DNA of 64,000 nt from an uncultured Candidatus Entotheonella sp. (GTDB lineage Bacteria > Tectomicrobia > Entotheonellia > Entotheonellales > Entotheonellaceae). The translations under genes and the position numbers were made by a program. Each line of letters opens with the position of its first letter. Position 1 is the stretch's first letter. The notes under the pieces are model-generated. The model was not told the DNA's origin. It did not search any database and worked only from the letters and a program-made list of their open reading frames with translations. The stretch covers positions 2,272,001 to 2,336,000 of the forward strand of contig OZ244252.1 in the NCBI GenBank assembly GCA_965217185.1, in the 5' to 3' direction. This document shows, piece by piece, positions 1-8,995 of this stretch.

Positions 1-8
1 GCCGACCG

Positions 9-809
9 TCAACACCCGATGAACCGTGGCTGGCGTTTTTCCAGAAACGCCGCGACGCCTTCCGCGCGGTCCTGCGAGCGCCCGGCAATCGCTTGGTTGC
101 GCGCCTCCACGTCCAGCACGTCCTCCAATGACATCTCCAGCCCTTGATACACCGCGGATTTAGCCATGCCGTAGGCCAGGGTCGGTCCCTGCGCCAGACG
201 CTCGGCCAGCTTGTCGGTTTCCGCCTGCAACTCGTGCGCCGGCTTGACCCAGTTGACCAGGCCGATGCGCAGCGCCTCGTCCGCGTCGATGATGTCGGCC
301 AGCAGGATGAGTTCCATAGCTTTGGCGACGCCGACGAGACGGGGCAGGAAATAGCTGCCACCGCCGTCCGGCACCAGCCCTCTGAGGCTGAACACCTCAC
401 CGAACCGGGCGCTGTCTGCGGCGATGCGCAGGTCGGCCGCCAGAGCCAGGTTGCAACCGGCGCCGACGGCAACGCCGTTGACGCTGGCGATCACCGGCTT
501 GGGCATCCGCTGCAGGTGCAGGATGCAGCGGTGCAGCCGCTCCACCACGCCGCCCCCAAGGTCGCCGTCGAAAAACTTGCGCTCGGCTTCCTGGCCACGG
601 TCGCGTTTCTGATCGCCGCCTGACGAAAAGGCGCGCCCCGTTCCCGTCAGCACCACTGCCCGCACCGTGGCGTCGGCCGCAGTGTCCGGCAACAAGCGCT
701 CGAATTCCGCCATCATCGCCTCATTCATGGCGTTGAGCGTTTCGGGGCGATTCAGCCGCAGGGTCACGACGCCATTGCGCCGTTCGTAGACCAACGGACC
801 CTCTGTCAT
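9..809 (-). CDS. Enoyl-CoA hydratase/isomerase (crotonase), PaaG-like
   Basis: LNRPETLNAM, AFSSGGD, GAGCNLALAAD and VPDGG crotonase motifs. Start trimmed to ATG 809 behind an AAAGGAG RBS. Confidence 0.9.
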   Translation of the reverse strand: MTEGPLVYERRNGVVTLRLNRPETLNAMNEAMMAEFERLLPDTAADATVRAVVLTGTGRAFSSGGDQKRDRGQEAERKFFDGDLGGGVVERLHRCILHLQRMPKPVIASVNGVAVGAGCNLALAADLRIAADSARFGEVFSLRGLVPDGGGSYFLPRLVGVAKAMELILLADIIDADEALRIGLVNWVKPAHELQAETDKLAERLAQGPTLAYGMAKSAVYQGLEMSLEDVLDVEARNQAIAGRSQDRAEGVAAFLEKRQPRFIGC

Positions 810-835
810 CTCAACTCCTTTCCCGGTGTCCGCCG

Positions 836-1999
836 TTACGCAGTCGCGCGGCTCTCCAGGGTGTGCAAAAGGGTGAAAAACAGTTGCTTCACGCCGCCCA
901 GGATGGGGCCGCATTCGATGTATTCCTTGACGGTGTGCGCCAGACCACCGCGCGTAATGCCCAGGCACACCGAGGGCACCCCCAGGCTGAGCGGCAGATT
1001 GGCGTCGGTGCTGGAGGCGCTGAAGATCGCCGGTCGCATGCGCAGGCGTCGGCGTATCCCTACAATGCCCTTGCACAGCGGGTGTGACACCGGCAGCGCC
1101 GCCGCCGGGCGGCGGCCGACAATGGTGCTTTCGACACTGATCCCAGTGTGCCGCTCAACGTCTTGCAGCAGATGTGCGACTCGTGATTCCAACTGCGCCA
1201 AGTGGCGCGCCGATACCGATCTCAGGTCCACCAGCATGGTGGCGCGCGGCGCGATGGTGTTGACGCTGGCGCCGCCCTCGACAAGCCCGACGTTGAAGGT
1301 GGTCCTGGGATTGGCGGACATCTTGAACTGCGACAGTTTGTGAATGACCGTGCCCATGGCGTGGATGGCGCTGGGGGTGCCGAAGGCGCCCCAGCTGTGA
1401 CCGCCGGGTCCGCTGAAGGTCACCTTCAACCGGGTGCTACCGATGCCTGCGTGACGGATTTCGTCGACGCCGTGCCCCTCCACCGCGATGACCGTATCCA
1501 CGTCGCGCCCCCAGGTTTCCATCAGCCCTCGAATGCCGCACAGATTGCCCAAGCCTTCCTCGCCGACGCTGGCGGCGAAGATGACGCGCCCCGCCGCCTC
1601 GGGCCGAAAACGCTGCATGGCCGCCGCCACATTAAGCATCGCCGCCACCGCCAGAGAGTTGTCGCCGATGCCGGGGCCATAGAGGCGCTGCTTGGTGCGC
1701 CGCACGCTCAACGGCGTAGCGCGCGGAAACACGGTGTCGAGGTGGGCCACCACCAGCGTCGTCGGCCCCGTGCCGCCATAGTTCAGCACGCCGCTGACGT
1801 TGTGAATGGCGTCAACCTGCACGTCGCTCAACGCGATGGTACGCATACGCTCGGCCACGTAGACGGCGCGCTCGGCCTCGTCGAACGTTGGCGCCGGAAT
1901 GTGGCAAAGATGCAACGTTTCCTCCAACAACTGCTCGTGGGTGTCCGCAAACCAGGACATGCTGTCGGCGACTGCCGCCGCCGGAGCTTCTGTCATCAT
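836..1999 (-). CDS. M20/M25/M40 family metallo-hydrolase
   Basis: AHLDTV, GIGDN, GEEGLG and GGHSW motifs. Start trimmed to MMTEAP. Confidence 0.85.
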   Translation of the reverse strand: MMTEAPAAAVADSMSWFADTHEQLLEETLHLCHIPAPTFDEAERAVYVAERMRTIALSDVQVDAIHNVSGVLNYGGTGPTTLVVAHLDTVFPRATPLSVRRTKQRLYGPGIGDNSLAVAAMLNVAAAMQRFRPEAAGRVIFAASVGEEGLGNLCGIRGLMETWGRDVDTVIAVEGHGVDEIRHAGIGSTRLKVTFSGPGGHSWGAFGTPSAIHAMGTVIHKLSQFKMSANPRTTFNVGLVEGGASVNTIAPRATMLVDLRSVSARHLAQLESRVAHLLQDVERHTGISVESTIVGRRPAAALPVSHPLCKGIVGIRRRLRMRPAIFSASSTDANLPLSLGVPSVCLGITRGGLAHTVKEYIECGPILGGVKQLFFTLLHTLESRATA

Positions 2000-2065
2000 G
2001 CCTTTCTCCCAATGGTCGAGGTCCCGCATCCCCGGCTATCCCAACAATCCACTCGCCCCGTGACA

Positions 2066-2497
2066 TTAAGGCAGTAGGATAAACCCCATCACGGCAACCC
2101 CGAGTGAGACGAACAACCCCAGGTACGCCAAAAAGCCGTGCACGTCCCGCACGTCCGCGTATCGCCGCGTGCCCCGTTGCAGCCGCCAGCCCATGTAACC
2201 GCCGCCCAGAAACAGCAGCAACGCCAGCGTTCCGAAGAAAAAATGCGCCGAGCGAAATAGCGCCTGCTCGCGAAACAGCCACATGCTGAGCAGCCCGAAT
2301 ACGTAACCGGCCACAAGGCAGCCAAGGAATAGCCATCCCAGTTGCGTATGTCGCCGCATCACGCCATACCGCTGCTCCAGGCGTCGCGGCCCGAGGCGAT
2401 CTTTCTTCAGGGCTAGCCCCAGACGCAGCACAGCGACAGCGATTACCAGCACGAGCACTTGCATGGCAGGGTGAAGGTACGCGAGCAGGTCGTTCAT
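2066..2497 (-). CDS. DUF4079-like integral membrane protein
   Basis: Four hydrophobic segments with His residues (LHP, RRH, SAH, DVH), a cytochrome b561-like pattern. Confidence 0.6.
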   Translation of the reverse strand: MNDLLAYLHPAMQVLVLVIAVAVLRLGLALKKDRLGPRRLEQRYGVMRRHTQLGWLFLGCLVAGYVFGLLSMWLFREQALFRSAHFFFGTLALLLFLGGGYMGWRLQRGTRRYADVRDVHGFLAYLGLFVSLGVAVMGFILLP

Positions 2498-2671
2498 GGG
2501 CCCTTACGCCAAGGGTGGGAATCCCCGTTCCGGAAAGTGACTCGGCTTTTGCGGCGGGCTACTATACTATTTGGTTTATGCCTCTGTCACCTGCTGCAAA
2601 AATCGGCGGTGCAGGCGGGCGAGGAGTGGTGACAATGGCGCGACGGGCTTCAGCAAGGGGAGGAGGATCAG

Positions 2672-3625
2672 GTGCGTTACCGGCGGTTGGGACGGACGGA
2701 ATTGCAGGTATCGGAGGTGGGATTCGGCGCCTGGGGCATCGGCGGCAACGCCCACGGCCACAGCTACGGCCCGACCGACAACACGGAATCGCTGCGCGCC
2801 GTGGCCCGCGCCTTCGATCTGGGCTGCACGTTTTTCGACACCGCTGACGTGTACGGTCACGGCCTCAGCGAAAAGCTGCTTGGCCAGGCTCTGGCCAAGC
2901 ACCGCTCGGCCTGCGTCATCGCCACCAAGGTGGGATGCGATTTCTACCACGGGCCGTTTCGCAAAAACTTCGACCCCGATTACATCCGGGAGGCGTTGGA
3001 CAAGAGCCTGCAACGGCTGCGCACGGACCACGTCGACCTATACCAGTTGCACAACCCGCCGCTGATGATGCTGGAGCGCGGCGAGCACTACGGGATGCTG
3101 GACGACCTGAAACAGCAGGGCAAGATTCGTTATTACGGCGTCTCGGTACACGACGCCTACGAGGGCAGCATGGCCATCCACACCGGCAAGCCGGACGCCC
3201 TGCAGGTGGAGTACAACCTGCTGCGGCAGGACCCGCGCGAGGAGCTCTTCCCGGAAACACGGGACAACGACGTCGGCTTGATCACCCGCTCGCCCCTGTG
3301 CAGCGGCATATTGAGCGGCAACTACACGGCCGACACGACGTTCGGCCCCAGCGACGTGCGAGCTTCCTGGCCGCCGGGCTATCTCGCCCTGCAAGCTGAC
3401 GTAGCCAACGGCGTGCGGTTTCTGGCTACGGAACAGCGCTCGCTGGCGCAGGCGGCGCTGCGGTTCGTTCTGGATGCGCCGGAAGTTTCGGTGGTCATTC
3501 CTGGGATTAAAACGGTCGCGCAAGCGGAGGAAAACCTGGCCGTGAGCGACATGCCGGAACTCACGGCCGAGGAGCAGGAAGCGATTCGAGACGGACTGGA
3601 AGGGGTCGGCGAGGATTTTCTGTAA
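2672..3625 (+). CDS. Aldo/keto reductase
   Basis: FDTADVYG, IATKVG, SLQRLRTDHVDLYQLH and VIPG motifs. GGAGG RBS before GTG. Confidence 0.92.
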   Translation: MRYRRLGRTELQVSEVGFGAWGIGGNAHGHSYGPTDNTESLRAVARAFDLGCTFFDTADVYGHGLSEKLLGQALAKHRSACVIATKVGCDFYHGPFRKNFDPDYIREALDKSLQRLRTDHVDLYQLHNPPLMMLERGEHYGMLDDLKQQGKIRYYGVSVHDAYEGSMAIHTGKPDALQVEYNLLRQDPREELFPETRDNDVGLITRSPLCSGILSGNYTADTTFGPSDVRASWPPGYLALQADVANGVRFLATEQRSLAQAALRFVLDAPEVSVVIPGIKTVAQAEENLAVSDMPELTAEEQEAIRDGLEGVGEDFL

Positions 3626-3798
3626 CGGGCCGTTAACAAGGCGGAATCCGCCTTTGTGATATACCCAACGATGTCATAATATGAGGCAATATCGCATATA
3701 GCCTTGGCGGAAGGGGCCGGTTCCAGGCTTGATTCCGTCCATTCCGCGCCGCCACGACACACGCGCTAATTGTGCCCTCAGATCAGGAGACTGCGCCT

Positions 3799-4449
3799 AT
3801 GTTGAGATTCTCAGAGGAGATGCTGCTGCTTCTGCTTGATGACAAGGGTAGGGAGTTCGCCGACATCCCCATGCTGTCGTTCAAGTACGCGCTTGCCGGC
3901 GCGGTTCTGATGGATTTGGCGATAGAGGGCCGAATCGATACCGATGAGACCCATCTCTTCGTCACCGATAAGACACCGCTCGAAGATGATTTGCTGGATC
4001 CGAGCCTTGTCCGGATCGTGGAATCGACGGAGACGCATGACACTCGCTACTGGGTCGAGCAGGTAAGCGCCCAGGCGGTTGAAATTCGTGAGCGCTCCCT
4101 TGCACGTCTGGTCGAGCGTGGGATTCTGCAGCGAGAAGACGACTATTTCTTGTGGGTGTTCCAGACGCGGCGTTACCCGGTGATCAACAACCAGTCCATC
4201 CAGGAAGTGAAGCTGCGGATCATGGAGGTCCTGTTCAGCAATGAAATCCCGGATGTGCGCGATATCATCATCATTTCCCTGGCCGACGTCTGCGACATCT
4301 TCAGGACCCTGCTTTCCAGGCGCGAGTTGCAGGGCGTCACCCAACGCATTGAGCAGGTCCGCAAGATGGATCTGATCGGCCGGGAGGTCTCGAAAGCGGT
4401 ACGGGATATCGAATCGTCCCTCGCCGTTGCCATGTGGCCCATGCACTGA
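3799..4449 (+). CDS. GPP34 (GOLPH3/Vps74-like) family protein
   Basis: EEMLLLLLDD, LAGAVLMDLA..GRI, RLVERGIL and RRYP pattern. AGGAG RBS before ATG 3799. Confidence 0.75.
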   Translation: MLRFSEEMLLLLLDDKGREFADIPMLSFKYALAGAVLMDLAIEGRIDTDETHLFVTDKTPLEDDLLDPSLVRIVESTETHDTRYWVEQVSAQAVEIRERSLARLVERGILQREDDYFLWVFQTRRYPVINNQSIQEVKLRIMEVLFSNEIPDVRDIIIISLADVCDIFRTLLSRRELQGVTQRIEQVRKMDLIGREVSKAVRDIESSLAVAMWPMH

Positions 4450-4504
4450 TTGACGGGGCGGCCCCCTCCCTCACAGCCCCAGTGGGGAAGGGGGTGGATG
4501 CGAT

Positions 4505-4870
4505 CTACATGGACATTGACTGGAATTGGGTCATCAGCCGCTCGACGTATTCGGGCTTTTTCTTGACGACCTCGAAGATCACGATCCTGCCGTGCGGGCC
4601 GGCGCCGATGAGCGTGCGGGTGTAGGGCAAGTGGCCGCTGCCCTCGAACTTCATGGCCATTTCCGCGCTGCCGATGACGTAATACCTGCCGTCATGATCG
4701 TAGACGTAAAAATCTTCACCGATTTGATTCACCAGCGTGGGCATGCCTTCCATCGAGGCCATCTCTTCGGCCTCGGGCATGGCCTTGCTCGACGCCGCCT
4801 TTTACTGCGCCGTGCAGCCCATCAGGGCCAGAACGGAGATACCGATCACCAATCCTTTGAGATGCCGCAT
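4505..4870 (-). pseudogene. Small lipoprotein interrupted by an in-frame TAA just after the lipobox
   Basis: Reads MRHLKGLVIGISVLALMGCTAQ*KAASSKAMPEAEE. TAA at 4802-4804 is in frame with ORF 4505..4780. AAGGAGG RBS upstream. Confidence 0.75.
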
Positions 4871-4895
4871 AGGTCGTGCTTCCTCCTTGTAAACG

Positions 4896-4941
4896 TTAAC
4901 CTTCACCACCGGCGCACCGCGGCTCCGGTGGTGAAGGTTAA
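4896..4941. repeat. Perfect 17-bp inverted repeat with 12-nt loop
   Basis: TTAACCTTCACCACCGG (4896-4912) and CCGGTGGTGAAGGTTAA (4925-4941). Confidence 0.9.
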
Positions 4942-5107
4942 ACAATAGGCGCCTTCTACAAAGCCAACGTAAGCATGAAATTAAGGCAGCGTTAATAGTT
5001 TCATATTGTTATCGTGGCGGGCAGCGGGAATCGCTCGGGGGAACGCAGAAGGAAGGTTCCATCGGTTGCCATATGCGCGGTGTCAAAGCGTTCAATTGGG
5101 AGACAAT

Positions 5108-5902
5108 ATGCAGGAGTTCTTACCGGAGGTGCGGCGTATAGCTGACGAAGCCGCTGACGCCATCCTGGAGGTTTATCAGTCATCGGATTTTCGGGTGGCC
5201 GTCAAGGAGGATTTCTCGCCGCTGACGCAGGCGGACTTGGCATCGCATCGGCATATCGTGGCGGGCCTGGAGCGTCTGACGCCGGAGTGGCCGGTATTGT
5301 CGGAGGAGTCGCAGGGCATTACGTACGACATGCGGCAACATTGGGACACGTTCTGGCTGGTGGACCCGTTAGACGGGACGAAGGAGTTTCTGCGCCGCAA
5401 CGGCGAGTTCACCATCAACATCGCCTTGATCCGCGGGCACCAAGCGGTTATGGGGGTGGTGCACCTGCCGGTGTCGGGCCAGACGTACTGGGCGGCTGAA
5501 GGGGAGGGCGCGTTCAGGTCAGCCGACGGCGAGACCGTCCAGCTGCAGGCCGCACAAACTGTTGGTCAGCCTGTGAAGGTGGTAGCCAGTCGTTCGCATG
5601 CGTCGACGCCGACCGTGCTGTTTCTGGACAGGATGGCGCGGGAGCACGACTTGGCGGTGGTATCCAGAGGCAGCGCACTGAAGCTCTGCATGGTAGCGGA
5701 AGGCGAAGCCGACCTCTACCCCCGACTGGCCCCGACTATGGAATGGGATACAGCGGCCGCTCAGTGCGTCGTCGAACAGGCCGGCGGCCGCGTCACCACC
5801 CTGGGCAACGAGCCGCTACGCTACAACAAGGAAGACCTGCTCAACCCTTTCTTCATGGTCGCCAGCCCCGCCGTGGCGCCGCTCTGGCCAGCGTATCTGT
5901 GA
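5108..5902 (+). CDS. cysQ: 3'(2'),5'-bisphosphate nucleotidase CysQ
   Basis: SPLTQAD, LSEE, WLVDPLDGTKEF, SRSH and EWDTAAAQ motifs. Confidence 0.92.
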   Translation: MQEFLPEVRRIADEAADAILEVYQSSDFRVAVKEDFSPLTQADLASHRHIVAGLERLTPEWPVLSEESQGITYDMRQHWDTFWLVDPLDGTKEFLRRNGEFTINIALIRGHQAVMGVVHLPVSGQTYWAAEGEGAFRSADGETVQLQAAQTVGQPVKVVASRSHASTPTVLFLDRMAREHDLAVVSRGSALKLCMVAEGEADLYPRLAPTMEWDTAAAQCVVEQAGGRVTTLGNEPLRYNKEDLLNPFFMVASPAVAPLWPAYL

Positions 5903-6145
5903 GGCGAGCCTCTACCGCTGACGCCGACGGGCAAGTCTTTACAGGAGATGATCGTCTAAGCCGTCACTATAGCATTTCAATTTCTGCCCCGACGTCTTTA
6001 AACCAATTGATTGGGCGTAGGTCTCAAATTGACCAGTTAGGCGGCCCGTCCGTGCGCCAATTTTGTAGATAAACCAACAATACTCCAGAGGAGTGCTGCC
6101 CATCACCCACCGTCCTACGTGACACTTTGTCACCTCGCGCATCAA

Positions 6146-6766
6146 TCATGTCCCCAAGCCGTACCAAACCCCCTCAGAATCGCTCAATTTCGGACTTACA
6201 CCCAATTGATTGAACCACAGGCTATCTTTGGGCGGCGCGTTGATCTTCAGCATACGCTCTGGCACGTCATGCTGGACAGATTTTGGCGGAATAGATGGCC
6301 GCTTCTGTGCCCCTATATCTCTGACGCAGATAAAACGATGTAGGTAATTCTCTTTTTCCAGGAATTTCGGCTCTTGCCAGAATTCCTGACCAACGGCGCG
6401 GCAGTATGCAAGAAGGCATTGTGCCCCACGTAATTGTTGCACAGTTTCCTTCTCCGAATGGCCTTTACCGCTCTTCATTTCAATATAAACAATCCAGTTT
6501 ACCCTGTTATCACTGGCGACAATCACAAAATCGGCCCGCTTACATTCTCCTTTGTCGTTTTTGAAAATACAGTTCGGAGCCGGAAAAGCATCTGCTTTGA
6601 ATGCGATAACATCATCCGGCACGTTGCGTATCTTCAGGGAATAGGCTGATCGCTGTTGATTGCCGGATTCTTTCAGGATGAGAGTCTTTCTGTTATTTGA
6701 ATGCTCAACCGAGGCCAATGCCTCATCTCGGATTAAGGCTTGTAATACCTCAAAGTCAGGCCTCAT
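6146..6766 (-). CDS. Hypothetical protein, putative PD-(D/E)XK nuclease
   Basis: KRADFVIV...YIEMKSG...QL pattern. ATGA overlap with the upstream ATPase. AT-richer than flanks. Confidence 0.6.
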   Translation of the reverse strand: MRPDFEVLQALIRDEALASVEHSNNRKTLILKESGNQQRSAYSLKIRNVPDDVIAFKADAFPAPNCIFKNDKGECKRADFVIVASDNRVNWIVYIEMKSGKGHSEKETVQQLRGAQCLLAYCRAVGQEFWQEPKFLEKENYLHRFICVRDIGAQKRPSIPPKSVQHDVPERMLKINAPPKDSLWFNQLGVSPKLSDSEGVWYGLGT

Positions 6767-8300
6767 TCATCTCCGCCCCACACAATGGCGTCCTGAATTT
6801 CATTCATTTTGTTGATGGTATTGTCGAAGCTACGTGCCTCAATTCCTAATTCCGGATCTATTCTGGCGGGCACCAGTGTTGGCTGGCGGCTTCTCCGGCT
6901 ATTGTTTTTCAGATTCATCAACGCGCTTTCCGCGATATAAACCTTGATCTTTTCAGCAGCTATCAACTCTTCGGTTCGGTAGCCTTCTTCCTGTGCGATT
7001 TGTTTTAGGTAGGGTTTGTCCTGATTTAGCATAATCAGAGTGTTGAGTTCCTTGACGATATAATCGCTGTGCGTGGTCACAAAAACTCGGATTCCCAGAT
7101 TCACCAAACGTGCGAAGAGCCGAGCCATACGGCATTGATTTTCCGGGTGGAGGTTTAATTCCGGCTCATCCACCATCAACAGGTCGCCGGGTTTGGCGAC
7201 GTGCCGCAAATAGAAGCCGATGTCCAACAGGGAACGCACGGCGCTGGAACTCTCGTCCATGGTCAGCTTCAGTTGTTTGCGTGAAGGCTTGAAGTAGATC
7301 GTGTCGTTACTGCCCGCGATGTATTCGCCACCGATGATGTCGGCGAAATCGTTCAGGATGTATGGATGATCTTCGACAAGAAAGCTGTCTTCTTTGGCAA
7401 TGGTCTCAAGTTGACGGATGAAATCCACGTTGATTTTGACAGGTACGGGGTAATCCTGGTGGGATTTGAACAATAATTCCCTCGGGTCAAAGTCTCTGTC
7501 CGCTCGACTCATTTCCTCCAATAGGCGGTTGCGGGCGAAATTCAACTCCCTGCGAAAAATTGCCGCACCGGTACGCTCTGTGCTAGCGATAAAAGGCCGT
7601 GGCAAGACGCTGTCGAACAGTAATTCAATGATCCCCTCCGAGATGATTTCCTTAATCATCTCGGAAGGCAACGCTCGTTCCTTCTTATCCATCTTATCCA
7701 TCACCAGCGAAATCACCAAGTCCTTTTCTCCCCCAGTTTTGGACAGCGAGAGAAGGTCGTCATCTTTGGCAGATCGTATAGTGCGCTTGAAAGCCCGGGG
7801 CCTCACTGCTGGCGCGCTTTCGGGTTCAAGCGAAACCTGAAAGGTCGTGTTCTTGAAGCGATCCGCTTTCGAAGCAAAGATTCTCGGCAGTTGCCGAGTG
7901 TAGGCTTCGCAACCCCGCATGAGGATTTTGTCTATTTCCATGGCGTGAGGCTCAACATCAACTCGCGTCACGCCGTCGCGCAACAGGGTGTCAATCGTCT
8001 GATCGGAAATTTCGACTTCCAGAAGATGCCCACAGTTCCACAAAAAACCAAACAGAGCGTATGTCGCGTAGGTTTTGCCTGTATTGTTGCGTCCGCAAAT
8101 GAGAGTCAACTCACCTAATGTGCGTTCCGTTTGAGACCACGAGTTTTTTTGGAGCTGGACTTCCTGCGAGAGCGTTTTGCCATGACCGGGTGAGCTTCTT
8201 GCAAATCTCTATCCCGTGATCAAAGATTGACAAACGGGATTCACTTTAGTTCAAATTCTGCTTGTTTCAGGATGCCCAGGTTTCCCACACGTATTCTCAT
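6763..8300 (-). pseudogene. ABC-type (AAA_15/AAA_21-like) ATPase interrupted near its 5' end by a MITE
   Basis: Walker A GRNNTGKT, Walker B/D-loop MVDEPELNLHP, H-loop TTHS. Removing 131 bp restores MRIRVGNLGILKQAEFEL-GELTLICGRNNTGKT (1407 bp, 469 codons). The main body 6763..8109 remains open. Confidence 0.85.
8118..8246. mobile_element. 129-bp non-autonomous IS630-like element (MITE)
   Basis: Flanked by duplicated TA (8116-8117 and 8247-8248) at a reconstructed CTAG site. Imperfect terminal IRs ATGTGCGTTCCGTTTGAGA / AAGTGAATCCCGTTTGTCA (13/19 matches). Confidence 0.8.
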
Positions 8301-8604
8301 ATTGCTGCCTCTAGGTTTGCTAATTTCCCTTTTTTCAGTCCGAATAGCTGTAGACGAGTCGAGCGATTTCGGCATCCGGGGCGTTGATACCGGTATCTTA
8401 TCCCGGCGAAAATTCGGTAATGGTTACCCTTAGCCTCTTCCCTGTCGCCATAACTGTGGCTTCTTCCGTTCGTCTATCATCCCGGAACGCCCAAAGGTCC
8501 CATAACTGAAGCAATCGGGATGCCGAAAAGTCGGCAAATCGGGCCGACGATTACGAGGACAAACAAGCCACCAAAGCATCCGACAAGCCGGGGCCGCCAC
8601 CTGA

Positions 8605-8985
8605 CTAAGCTGCGGGCATCAGATCATCATTCGTGTCGCGCTCCTTGCGGTGCAGCGTCAACGCTACGGCCGTCAGGATGATCAGGATGATGGGCGCCAT
8701 GGCCTCTTGGAAGGAGTCGAAAAGGAGATGCGTCAGCACTGCGCCCGCCATGAGGAGAATGATGCAGACTTTGGCGGCGTATGAGAAGCGCCGCAGCCAT
8801 AAACCAATGGCCCCCGCCACTTCGCAGAGGCCGATGATGTACATGAAGAAGATCGGATAGCCCCAGTTCTCGAAGCCCTGCCTGATCTGTTCCGCGCCCG
8901 TTAGCTTCATGATGCCCGACATCAGAAATGCGAGCGTCAGAAGCACCGTCAATACGGTCTGCACCTTATTCTTGGGCCGGTACAT
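8605..8985 (-). CDS. DoxX family membrane protein
   Basis: FLMSGIMKL, WGYP, IGLCEVAGAIGL and GAVLTH motifs. Confidence 0.85.
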   Translation of the reverse strand: MYRPKNKVQTVLTVLLTLAFLMSGIMKLTGAEQIRQGFENWGYPIFFMYIIGLCEVAGAIGLWLRRFSYAAKVCIILLMAGAVLTHLLFDSFQEAMAPIILIILTAVALTLHRKERDTNDDLMPAA

Positions 8986-8995
8986 GGGTCACTCC

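Noticed and set aside
4802..4804. Stop-codon recoding in the lipoprotein gene
   Set aside because: The codon is TAA, which ends other genes here (e.g. 3623-3625). Sec and Pyl use TGA and TAG.
5939..6145. 68-aa ORF as a third gene of the ATPase-nuclease module
   Set aside because: No motif or convincing RBS. It cannot be supported, though it is not excluded.
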